The translations under genes were made by a program, and so were the position numbers. A DNA stretch of 64,000 nucleotides from Paramoeba atlantica (lineage: Eukaryota > Protista > Discosea), in assembly GCA_977017575.1 (NCBI GenBank), contig CDRNVI010000019.1, positions 576,630 through 640,629 of the forward strand, read 5' to 3'. Below the pieces are notes generated by a model. It had not been told where the DNA came from, did no database searches, and saw nothing but the letters and a program-made list of their open reading frames with translations. Positions within the stretch are counted from its first letter, which is position 1, and each line of letters starts with the position of its first letter. Below, one piece after another: positions 42,288-53,085 of the stretch.

Positions 42288-43505
42288 TCATCCCTCGTAA
42301 TCTGATGCGCAACTATCGGAACTGAGTTCCTCAAATTCTTCGGGAACGGGAAAACCGTAGTTGTCTTTTATACACTTCATTATATTAACAAAGCGACTCT
42401 GCCAAGACTGCTCGCGTCCATTATGGGTATCCCCATACTTTACACACTGGAGCGCGACGTTTCGCTGCAACTCCAATGTTGTTGCCCCAAAATTATAGTG
42501 TTGGAGTCTTACCCAATACTTAATGGTGTTGTGGACACTCTCAGCACCATTAGTATGATATCCCTTCTCGTTCACAAACTCCTTACTATGATTCACGGAG
42601 TAGTGACGACAAACTTGGTCTAAACCATTGTAAGCCCCCCAACAATCGCTGACTACCACGGATCGCGCACTGGCAAGATGGGGAATGATGAAGCCATGGA
42701 GGGTAGGCGTATCACGACGCTTCACCAATTTCCAATGGGTCCGCCCCGTTTTACCAGTGCCACGAGACTCCGTGACAGTTGCGAACCACCATCCCCTTTT
42801 CCGCTGTCTACGGCCCCGATTATACTTCCGTTTGCCGATGAAGGTCTCATCGACCTGCACTCGACTGAATTCATAATCAGACATTGTTTCGTTACGGAGC
42901 GCTGCATCAGCAAGAGTGTGCAGGAGATCCTGAACCACCTTGCGATCAAGTCCGCGATTACGCGTTATTTGACCCGTGCACATGTTGTTCGCAATGTCTG
43001 CCCATACGAGCAAGACTTGCCCTGGAGTAAGTTGCGTACGGGGAGAAATAAATGGTGACCATTTACAAACTTTTAATCGGCAACGGTTCACCTTGCCGGG
43101 TTCTCGATGCCCACACATACTTAAATTTGGTTTCCCTGGAACGTCGGACATAAAGTGGAGCCCGTGCGAAGGACAAATGGGTGGGAAAAACAAATCATGA
43201 TTCCGCATCCAGTCTTCTGCATCACGCCCTTGCGGGACATCGGTAATACCCCGCCAATGAGAAACACATGTAAAAGCGGGACAACCATGACAAAGAGGAG
43301 GAACAGGTCGTCTGCGCCAAGTAGAGAAATCGAGTTGTTCTTGTTCGGGAGGAGGTAAATCACGCAGTCCAGTAGGCGGCCGCTCGTAAGTAGCAGATTC
43401 CAGGAGAGCCATAAATCGGGCGAACATTCGCTCGCTTCGGTCTGCATCATGCTCCTGCCTGCTACGTTGATCCATAGGACAAAAACAAATCCGAAAAGTT
43501 ATCAA
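42288..43505 (-). CDS. Merlin DDE transposase (likely start ATG 43475)
   Basis: QVDETFIGKRKYNRGR, VVSDCWGAY, VNHSKEFV, HTNGAES, plus N-terminal Cys/His motifs. Confidence 0.92.
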   Translation of the reverse strand: MITFRICFCPMDQRSRQEHDADRSERMFARFMALLESATYERPPTGLRDLPPPEQEQLDFSTWRRRPVPPLCHGCPAFTCVSHWRGITDVPQGRDAEDWMRNHDLFFPPICPSHGLHFMSDVPGKPNLSMCGHREPGKVNRCRLKVCKWSPFISPRTQLTPGQVLLVWADIANNMCTGQITRNRGLDRKVVQDLLHTLADAALRNETMSDYEFSRVQVDETFIGKRKYNRGRRQRKRGWWFATVTESRGTGKTGRTHWKLVKRRDTPTLHGFIIPHLASARSVVVSDCWGAYNGLDQVCRHYSVNHSKEFVNEKGYHTNGAESVHNTIKYWVRLQHYNFGATTLELQRNVALQCVKYGDTHNGREQSWQSRFVNIMKCIKDNYGFPVPEEFEELSSDSCASDYEG

Positions 43506-43824
43506 AAAGCGGAAGGATTCTTAAAACTATTGCCTCATAAGTTTACAAAGATAAAATCATAACAAATCATACTCCTGCGTAGCGAAAACTACGAAATTCA
43601 GTGAGCTTCGCAAATTGCTTCCCACTAACGACGCACAGGGGAATCCTACGCGGGGTACGGCTCAGGCCCGCTCACGCGGGCCCTCGCCGTTTCGCGGCCG
43701 CGCGCACCCCCGCTCACGCGGGGGCCCCCGCGCGGCCAAAATGGGTACTAAAATTTGTTATCAAGGTAGTTGGGCTTCGCATATTGCTTCCCACGAATCT
43801 AGAGAGAAGCACACGTACAATAAT

Positions 43825-43943
43825 CTTTAACGATAAAGATACAGTTTCTGTACCTTGTTGATTATTTACTTTTTTTACCTTTCATGGGAGTGTTCACACG
43901 CTCCAAAGCAAAAGAATCAGGAGTAGCTCCTGAGATTTTGCCG
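43825..43943 (+). other. SL copy (43825-43860) plus 23-nt UTR plus a short ORF start, nested inside the Merlin element
   Basis: A full 36-nt SL is followed by ATG 43884, MGVFTRSKAKESGVAPE. Confidence 0.8.
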
Positions 43944-44394
43944 CTTGTTCGTTGAGTACTCAACGAAAATCCGGATTTTCTCAACGAAATCAACGAACGT
44001 GCCCCCAAGCCAAAATATTATTATGTCCCAGGGCTACGCTCACAGTTGGGCCTTGCTCGCAAAGGGGGGCTTTTGCCTCCAGAAGTGGGCTACGCTCACA
44101 GTTGGGCCTTGCTCGCAGACGGGGGCCTTGCTTGCACACTTGGGCTTCGCTGACAGTTGGGCCTTGCCTCCAGACATGTAAACGAGATGGTAATGTTCAA
44201 ATTCCCCCGAAAAAATCGAGACGAAAAAATCGTGCAGCAGTGCCCGTTGGATGAATGATTCATCGAACGCACTGCCAATTTCGATGAATATTCATCGAAC
44301 GGGACGCCTGGTCATCGAACGGGACGCCGTTCAATGAATATTCATCGAACGCACCGTGCGTTCGATGAATTTTCATCGAATGCCCCCCCTGGCC

Positions 44395-45368
44395 GAAAAT
44401 TCGTTCAGTGTTCGGACCCTATCAAGTCCGCTGCAGTCCGCCAACGTATGCAACAAGTGCCGGAGCCCGTGATGCATAGCACCACCGGAGAGGACTGGGA
44501 GGCATACGAAACGCTCTTGTGGTATCATCCCGGAAGCCACGTATGTGCTGTGCTTGCGCGTAATAGCCTCTCTCATCAGGGTACCGCTACGTTTCCGTGC
44601 ATTAGTGGGCGCCAGCTCGTGAATTATTGTTAGGTCATAAAAGATTTCCCCAGTTGCCCAATGTATTACAATGTCAGGTCCTGACCGATGGAGGCTCGCA
44701 TTTCTACAAACTTTTTGATGATCACTTTTTCGCCATTGTGGGAACGATTCTCCGCATGTAGAGCATTTATAAGAAGTAAACTGTCGAGGTTCCCTTTCGC
44801 ATGGCACACCCGCCTTCATGCACAGTTCATAGATAATACGCACCAGATTATTATGTTTCATTGTTGTATTATTGCCGGAACACTGGACGCATCCAGCTAT
44901 GTGCGAAAAGGCTGATGAAGAATCCAGAAGGGTGCGACATCCTGGGCATTGCAGACTTTCGGGAATACGAGGGTGGCTTAGACCAAGACGTGGCATCAAA
45001 GCTAATGTGAAGAATTTGGAAGGCACTAACTTTGCCGTCGAATGAAGCCACGCGGAGTTCCCTTTTTCACTTGCTGCTCTCAGCACTGGTGCAATTTTCG
45101 GGTCCTTACTCAACGATTCTTTAATGGCCCTGTTAAGCTTTGCTTCAGTTACAAATTCATCGTGGGGAGGGGTTATCTGATCTTCATTTCCCACCTGCGA
45201 TGGAGACGTGAGACTGGGTGCTCGAACTGAATAGGAATTAAGTCGTTCAAGAGCACTGTGCCTTGATGCTTCATACGCCGATTTTCGCAAGAGATCAGTG
45301 GGCGTTAACCCCAATCCTCCGCTCTTCACAGGTAGACGCGCCCAAGCAATTTGCTTTGGTGTCATCGA
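44395..45368 (-). pseudogene. 5'-truncated CRE-C element (continues at 41748-41817 and 41165-41194)
   Basis: RLPVKSGGLGL, CPGC, HRSGPDIV..YD. Interrupted by Merlin and by SINE copy 1. Confidence 0.85.
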
Positions 45369-45374
45369 TCCAAA

Positions 45375-46418
45375 CCATGCAGTCTAATGCTAAATTTGTA
45401 CCCACGCGTGCATTTCAGATTGCAATCATGACACGCCTTGGGATGCCTCATCCTCGACTCCCGAAATCGCTGCTGTGCCCCGGCTGTCGTATGTTACTCG
45501 ACAACAAAACAGCTTTGCAGCACATCCCCGGATGCGTCCAATGTACAGGGCTTAATGCCACAATGAAGCACAATCGGCTGGTTAAGTATATCTTCGATTT
45601 GGCACAAAAGGCCGGTGTACAATGCGAGAAAGAACCGCGATCTTTTTCGACTTGGCAATGCGGAATTTGCAAGAATAAAGTGTTTCCAAGCAATAATAAT
45701 AATAATAATAACAAAAGACTATACACATGCAACTTTCAACGTACACTCTCCTTAGCGCACTGAAAGGGTTAAGCAGTACGCAAGTTCTTGCCTTCATTGC
45801 CGCGTCATATGCCCGAAGAGCAACTCAGCGCCAACTTGTTCTCTGCTTGCCAAATAAACCACCGTATACTATCAATATTACGTTTCCAAGCAACAAAATG
45901 ATTCATGACAAAACATGTGCCGGACGTCAGCTGTTTCGCTCAGGGCCTGATTTGGTGATATATTGGTCAACCGGGGAAATATTTTATGATCTAACTGTGG
46001 TGCACGAGCTATCGAACTCCAATCAAGCGAAATCTTGCTCCCAGCTTCTTACAGATGCAATCAAGCGGAAACGGGATACATATGTGACATCCGGAAAAAT
46101 TCCCGACTTCGCATTTCAGTGCATCCCAGTGCTGTCCTGCGGCTCTCTTCATCAAAATACGAGATCTCTGTTGCATGTCCTATCCGACGCGGCACTCTTA
46201 AATCGTCGAGCAACTGAAATGGAGTTCAAGCTCCTACTTCAGGAACTGAATGGGACGGAAGTGTACGCCCAGTTGCGGAACCACTTATCCCCGGAAGGCA
46301 GCAGCAGGTACAGCATTTGAGCCAAATGTATCAACATAGTTTCGTTTTTTTCAATGCCTATATGTATTATTATATACATAATATCTAAAGGAACGGAAAA
46401 AAAAAAAAAAAAAAAAAA
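45375..46418 (+). pseudogene. 5'-truncated CRE-C 3' end with poly(A), interrupted by a 188-bp insertion
   Basis: CPGC..H..GC, FRSGPDL..YD. Stop at 46320; poly(A) near 46398-46418. Confidence 0.85.
45694..45881 (-). mobile_element. Short retroposed insertion with (TTA)n tail and 12-bp TSD
   Basis: TSD GTTTCCAAGCAA at 45682-45693 and 45882-45893. Removal restores CKNKVFPSNKMIHDKTC. Confidence 0.85.
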
Positions 46419-46540
46419 GGCTCTCTTACCTACGGGGCCCGATTCATCTCCTCCGAGGAAGGAGTACAACAGGGCGATCCCCTAGGACCATTGCTCTTCT
46501 CGTTAGTGGCCCTGGAGCTCTCAGAAGCCATTAACCTTTG
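46419..46540 (+). pseudogene. ~120-nt CRE-B RT fragment directly after a poly(A)
   Basis: LTYGARFISSEEGVQQGDPLGPLLFSL. Confidence 0.8.
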
Positions 46541-46699
46541 AAATCCTATGACAGGAAGCCACGGGCGAAACATCACCTTCCCCCCTTCTCTCGTGAGAGA
46601 AACTACCTCCAAAAATAACTAGAACAGAACTTACAAGTAAATGAATAAATAAATAGATAAATAAATACGCTAACCTGGAAATGTCTATAAGTATTTCGT

Positions 46700-49365
46700 A
46701 TTGGCGCTACCCCCCATTGTATGGGGGTAGTTCTAACTAAGCTTACGCGTCTTTGTAAGCTAAATCTTATAATTCTATATATTTAATATTTGACCTACGA
46801 TAGTGCTTTGCTCATTTGAGAACACAGCACAGTGCCGTTTAACTCCTGGAGGTGCATTATGAAATCTTGCACAACGATATCGCGATCACGCCCGCTAGCA
46901 TCGGCCAGAGATTTCAGGAGAGCCAGGCCACTTTTGTTCATTGCTCCTCCGGCGAGTATTGATACGCATGTAAATTTTTCATGAGGTATTAGATCCGAGT
47001 TAACATACGTGTCGACTTTGCGTTTTTCGGCTTCCTGCATTAGCTGATTGCTCCGTTTACCGAGATTCGTCTTGGATATTTCATTTATGATAGTGAGGTC
47101 ATAGAATATCTCACCGGACGCCCAGTAAATTGCTAAGTCTACGTCAGGGCATCCGTCTAACGTCAGGGCATCCGGCTTATGTCGGATGATGGGACTTAGC
47201 GATCCCAACTTCCCGAGCTAACGCACCCGGCGTCGCATAACAAGACGCTAAAGAACTAGGGTGAGCACAACGAAGACAATATGGATGACACTACCCGGTG
47301 CCAGTAAAACGAGGCACTAAATAATTAGGGTGGATGTCATTCTGGCAACGTAGAATGGGTGGCACCGCCCAGTACCGAATATAACAAGGTACTAAGAAAC
47401 TAGGGTGGGTGCCATTCGGGCTAATCTTTGGAATGTGTTTGTGTGTTTTTTTTTTATCCACCCTCAAAAGATAGAGTGGTTTTTTTGGTCAAGGGGCGCC
47501 TTATTTGCATTACCTAAGGTGCAGGGGTATAGCGCACCCCACCTCCCTAGCTGTAACCTAACTCCTCTCCAAGCGGAGGTCAGCCGTAGCTTGCTATGGC
47601 TGGCTCTCCGGATACGTCGCAAGACGTATTCGGACTGCCCGTTTGGGGAGTTGAGGGGCCATAACTTTTCGGAGTCAAAAGGCCCAATACATCATCATCA
47701 TCAAATTGCTAAGTCTGGTCCGCTGCGATGGAATGATGCGGTTCCACACTTTTTCTGATGTTCATGTTTGCGCTGTTCATTCACCGATTCATTACATTTC
47801 AGGCATCGATAAGTGGTGAATTGTCTCGGTTCCCGCTCGCATGGGACTCCGGTCTGAAGACAGAGGTCGTAAATATGACGAACGAGAGCATGATGTCGCG
47901 TTGTCGCATTTGCGCCTGTGCATTTAACGCAACCGAGCAAGTGTGCTAGAAAGTGTTTTGATTCGAGAATCATTTTGCATCCAGGGCATATGATTTTGTC
48001 CGGCATACTCTTGTGCGCAAGACCAAGCCGTGCCATCACCATTAGAGAGAATTGAGATGATGGAATATATCTCGTTTTTCCTTGCAACCAATCGTGATTA
48101 CCCTTTTCACTGCACGCCTTTACCAAAGGTGCCAACTCCTCGTTTTTCTTTGTCAGCTCTTGATACGTCTTCTGATTGAGCATAGCCTCCGTTGCGGGGC
48201 CATCATTTACTGATTCGCTGTCCTGCGCTATACCTTCGTCGTACGTTAATCGAGCTGATTTTGGTTTACATTGCTCAAGAGAAACGCGTTTAGAAGAGTT
48301 GTACGCGGACGTACGAGAGTCAGTAGATGATGGCAGGCCGAGCCCACCTTTCTTCAGCGGCAACCGGCACCAAGCGATGTGTTTATCTGTCATTTTGCCA
48401 AGCCATGTGTTCAACACCGCTTCAACATCGCTGTCGAATTTTTTGCATAGTTTTTCCGATGCTATTGGTGTGTGTACCCGGGTGTGGTACCTATGTCTAA
48501 TGTTTACGCTTTTCGATAGTAGAAGTAGTGATATGTTGTTTAAACCCATGCGCTTGAGACGTCGGAATATGGCTTCGTGCTTTTCAAGCTTCTGTGTCAG
48601 ACATTCACTGACTACTTCGTCGTTGCCTATGTATGCACCTAGGGTCTTTGTCGCTGAATGCTTGATTTTCACTCCTTCTGCTTCAAGTTCTGCTGGGATT
48701 GGTATATCATGCTTTCCGCCAAACCACACGCATTTGTGTTTGGCCATTTTGACTCGTTTCTCCGCTAGGAGGCCGTGTAGACGACTGAATGCATCAGCTA
48801 ACGCTTGTTGGTCCTCAGATGCTAGGTTTATGTCGTCGATGAATGCGAAGATTTTTACTTGTGGAAATTCCATTGCCAGGGTTTCTATGATAGGCTGCAT
48901 AAATGCGCAAAAGTACAAGGTAGATAACGGAGATCCTTGTCGTACTCCAGCTGAGCTATATATCGTCTCGTAATGCTCACCGTTTTTTCCGTAATATAAA
49001 AGCTCAGAGGCCTCCGAATATTCCGCGTGAAAGAATCTACGAAAAGGGCGCAATGTGCATAGGCCGAAAACGACTTTTGCGATGTCGCTACGCATAGGCG
49101 AGTTAAAGGCATTAGCGAGATCGATTGATAGAATGGCTTTGCCTTCTTGATAATGGCTATGAAGACGGTGCACTACTTTTTCGCATCCAGACTGTACAGA
49201 TACTCCAAATTGTAACGGGGCGAAGAGTTTTTCGAGTGTATGTTCGTGCCGTGCTACTAATACGATTCCCGCCAGTTTCAGGAAGACTTCGCCTACGCAG
49301 ATTGGTCTGACGCCTTTTTCTGCCTTTGGTAACGCTACCAAGCGTGCTCGTTTCAGACGATTCAT
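46700..49365 (-). pseudogene. 5'-truncated CRE-C element split by SINE copy 2
   Basis: RPICVGE, IDLANAFN, GVRQGS, FIDD. RSGP-DLAIY-WASGE rejoins across the insertion. Confidence 0.88.
47141..47702 (+). mobile_element. SINE-like non-coding retroposon, copy 2, (CAT)n tail, 14-bp TSD
   Basis: TSD AAATTGCTAAGTCT at 47127-47140 and 47703-47716. The 5' 15-mer ACGTCAGGGCATCCG is duplicated. Confidence 0.9.
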
Positions 49366-49669
49366 TACTTGTTTTACACATCCGTTGCCGAGATATGCGA
49401 ACCTGCCCCCCGAGAATACACCAACGCATTCTGTTTCCTGAGCAGAAAAGGACTTTTGGCGCTCGAAAGAAACATAAACTTGATGTCATTCCAATGACCG
49501 ATCCACACAAAATGTGCAACAACTCCATGGATTTCGTCGAACAATTCCCACGTTGACGTATCCGAAGGCACTCTACTTCCTCGAAATCCTTCGCGCACTC
49601 CGATCGTCGCTTGCGGCGCCCCAGCGCCCAGGTACATAAAAGTGAAGGTTGTCAGAATAAGAAAAGTCA

Positions 49670-52600
49670 ACAATCTCAATACGTCGAAATGCGAAATTAT
49701 TACTTCCCCCAGCTCGGCCCACCAGGCTGATTACTTCCCAGACATACCCGACGAGAAGATCAATTCGCAGGGGAACTTTGACATACTAGGGAGTCCTGTA
49801 GGATCCGCCGACCACTGCTCTGCTTATCTTCTTTCTCACGCCCTAGAACCAGCCGAGGATACCCTCGATGCCATCACCAACATTCAGGAACCCCAGGTCG
49901 CGCTTGCCCTAATTCGTCAATGTGCGGGGTTCTGTCAAATGGTGTATGCCATGAGAAGCACGCCCCCACAGTCCCTGATTCACCTTTGCTCCCGTTTAGA
50001 CGACTTTCTCATGACCGCTATAGAGGCAATCATCTGTCCTCTGGACAGGTCAGCACAATCTCAAGCACAGCGACTGAAGCGTCATGGGGGATTAGGTCTG
50101 AGATCCGCAGCTCTCCACGCCTCCGCGGCTTACGTTGCATCCGTCGCCTTTGCCTCTGCCACAGATTCCTGGGATCCCACAGACGCTGAAGGTTTCTCGG
50201 AGGCCATCCTCGACAGTTCGTTGAAGAATCAAATGTGCCTTTTCCAGCCTATAAAGCCATACAAATATATACCGATGGCTCTGTTCTGCCGATGAAAAAT
50301 ACGAAAGAGATTCGAAGTGGCATAGGTATCGTAGTTCTAAAACCACGATGCGAACCCTCACGGATATCCATACCATTGGAATCAGACACTATTGAGCGAG
50401 TAGAGATCTTAGCTTTTCAGCATGCCCTTCTCCAACTGCCGTCAAAACCATGCGCTTGTCTGTTTCATACAGACTCTTACTATCTATGGGACTTCTTTCA
50501 CAATCTTCGATATCGGCGGCGAATCGTTGGTTACAAAGGGGTTTTAAATGGAGATTTGTTCTCCCAGTTAGACGGAAAATTACGGTCCTTAAAACATGAT
50601 TTGTACTCAATATATATGTGCAAAGTCAAGGGTCACTCAGGAAATAAATGGAACGAGGAGGCAGATGGGTTAGCACTGATTGCAGCGCGAAAAGTTCCTC
50701 GACCGCCTGAGCGGAAAAAGAGAAAAACAAGTAATGATTCCAACGCATCACAAATCGACAAATCCTTGGAAAAGCTGATAAAACATAGAACCTTGGAAAA
50801 GGGAAAGACGAAAACCAATCCAGCACCCAAGCGCGGCGCCGAGGCTAAAGTCAAGCTGTGCGGGAAGATTGCGAAAACTGGTGGGAAGAGGGCGCCTTCA
50901 TAGTAAAAGTTGGGCGGAAGACGTGCTTCCACCAGCAGGTTCGGAATACCCTGAGGAAGAGTTCAGGAAGATAAGGAAAAGTATTGTGTGAAAGTAAAAT
51001 AGTAGGCACTACTAAACTCTGAACTGGAAGGCGAGGGAGTATAAGTTCGGGGGGAAAACATTTAACATTCTAACCGACATATGTCGGTCTTTTGGATTGG
51101 ATTGGATTGGATCCTCGACATCAATCAGAAGGCTGGCACTGCTCTCCTCGATCCCCGAGGTCGTGTTCTCACAACTCCCAACGCCCCATGCGAGAAGGCC
51201 CTGAGCGCGCCGTACTCCTACCGGAAGAGAAGGCGCCCTCCGCCAAGGAATGATCCTCACCCCCCGGACGAGCCTCCGGGACATATTCTTCGTACGACTT
51301 CCCGCACGGCCAACACACCCACGGATGCCTACCCACTCTCGACTCCCCTCTACGGTTCTGAAGAATGCCAGGACATGTTACCCCCACAGTGGCCCAAAGG
51401 GAAGATCCCGCGCCAGCGGGTAATCAGTTATGCTATTGCAGCCCATGCCTTTTCCCAGGAATATGAGACAACTGACGCACGAACCCGTGCAAGGTGGATC
51501 TCCCAGTGTGGCACGGGAGCGAGCAGCTTGGCCTTTGTGACTCCTTCGAAAGACCTTGGGCACGCCTTTACCCCCACACAATTCCGAACTTTGGCCCGTT
51601 GGTGGTTAGGCGTGGACATCTACCATGAAGATAGCACGTGCCCCATGCCGAAATGCTCGCTCCCCCTTGACAGCAAAGGGGACCATGCACTGTCTTGCAA
51701 ACATGGCCATGGTATTGTGACCAGGCACAACGCTGTTACGGACCAGTTCGCGGACGTGTGCAGTCGAGCCCGCCTCGCCCCTCAACGAGAAAAGAGTCTC
51801 GGGAACAGGGGCCCAGGCGGGGCCCTCACCAGACCTGGCGACATATACTTGCCCAGCCTTTTTCTTGGAAATCCCATTGTGCTTGACTTCTCGGTCACCC
51901 ATGCTCAGCGATTAAAATATACGGACAAAGTCCGAAACGCTAGCTGGGTTGCCGCGGGGTCATTTGCCGAACATTATTCCTCAATGGAGAAGGGCAAGCA
52001 GCGTCGAGAAGCCGTAGAGGCAGGATGCGACTTTACGGCCATGGTTGTCGAAAGTTATGGCGCCTGGAGCCCCAGCGCTTCAGCCGTGCTCCGCAAAGTC
52101 GGTGAGAGGTGTTCGCACGCCTCGGGGGGTCTACTTTCGGAAGGTGAGGCAACGAGCCGAATCTTCGCTGAACTAAACATAACCCTTATGCGCTTTCAAG
52201 CGCGCATGATGGTTGCTCGTTCACCTTCCGAAGACCCCATCGCAACTCTGGAGGAATAGCCTCCAGAGCGGCCCGAGGCCGATCGAGCCGATAGTGCCTA
52301 TCCTCACGCCTCGCTTTCACGAGCAAGGTACCCCAATGTGAGACAGGTATGGATTCGGAACATTCATCCGAATCCGGCGATCAAAACCCAACTTCGTGAC
52401 CGTGCCGCTGTCGGCACATGCCCGCGCCTGCGCCCTCCCGCATAACAAGGGAAGGGTTCCCAAGCCAGGCCGTGGAGAGGTCGAGAGACCCGGTCCGAAG
52501 CGCGTACTGCTGGAAGAAGGGGTGGAGCACGCGCGGATTGATTTCTGGGGGGAAGTGAGGGAAAGAGGAGGGCAAAGTTTGGAAGGCGCGGATGGATGCT

Positions 52601-52758
52601 CGGGGGGGGGGGAAGTGAGGGAAAGAAGCGGGTGAAGTCGGAAAGTCGCGGATGGTTTCTTTGAGGGGTGGAGATAAGGGAGAGAAGCGGGCGAAGTTGA
52701 TAAGGGCGAAGTAAAGTAAGTAGGAAAGTAAGTAAGAAAGTGATAAAAAAAAAAAAAA
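49670..52758 (+). pseudogene. 5'-truncated CRE-B element with structured 3' UTR and poly(A), split by a LINE 3' end
   Basis: ILGSPVG...GGLGLR...EAILD|INQKAG...CKHGHG...HN, TRPGDI..LD. Stop at 52259. Confidence 0.85.
50216..51110 (+). mobile_element. 5'-truncated RNase H-bearing LINE with (TTGGA)n tail and 10-bp TSD
   Basis: RNase H: YTDGS, RVEI, HTDS, NGDL, KVKGHSGNKWNEEAD. TSD ATCCTCGACA at 50206-50215 and 51111-51120. Confidence 0.88.
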
Positions 52759-53028
52759 CGAACCAATCTTAGGCAAGAAATAGACCGGTTAATGAAACAG
52801 AGAGGAATTGAATGCCGTGATGTAAAAAAAAAAAAAAAAAAAAAAATAAAATGAATCGCGCGGAACGCGCGAATGGATTGGGTCTGTATTGCTTGTTTTG
52901 GTTTTTACTGTTCTTGTTTGTAGTATATACTTAGGGGAGATTAAATTGCTAGTTTTGGGCTGAGAAAAAACAAAAGGTACATCTGTGGAAACAATAAAAT
53001 GAAATCCAAAAAAAAAAAAAAAAAAAAA

Positions 53029-53060
53029 AACGATAAAGATACAGTTTCTGTACCTTGTTG
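53029..53060 (+). other. SL copy (32 nt) fused to an upstream poly(A)
   Basis: A-run 53008-53030 (its last two As are the SL's AA), then CGATAAAGATACAGTTTCTGTACCTTGTTG. ATG at 53086. Confidence 0.9.
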
Positions 53061-53085
53061 TTTTTTTATCTCATTCTTACGCCCT

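Larger units (their letters stand above)
41818..44394 (-). mobile_element. Merlin (IS1595/ISXO2-like) DNA transposon
   Basis: ~60-bp imperfect TIRs starting GG..AGGGGGGGCA. 9-bp TSD GAAAATTCG at 41809-41817 and 44395-44403. Removal restores the CRE-C frame (TLNEF|SLCLQELNG). Confidence 0.9.

Noticed and set aside
47161-47263. HDV-like ribozyme at the SINE 5' end (GGGCATCCG...CGGATG; ATCCCA-GCT-TCCCG-AGC)
   Set aside because: Pieces resemble P4 and P2/P3, but I could not build a clean P1 with a correctly placed catalytic C. Left to covariance search and assay.
49374-49679. 101-aa minus-strand ORF at a strand-switch point
   Set aside because: It has no recognisable motif and no paralogue in the window.
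52999-53085. Poly-Lys and NDKDTVSVPC N-terminal extensions (also ORF starts at 35266, 57411 and 61901)
   Set aside because: These are translations of poly(A) and SL sequence. The real starts are the ATGs after the SL.
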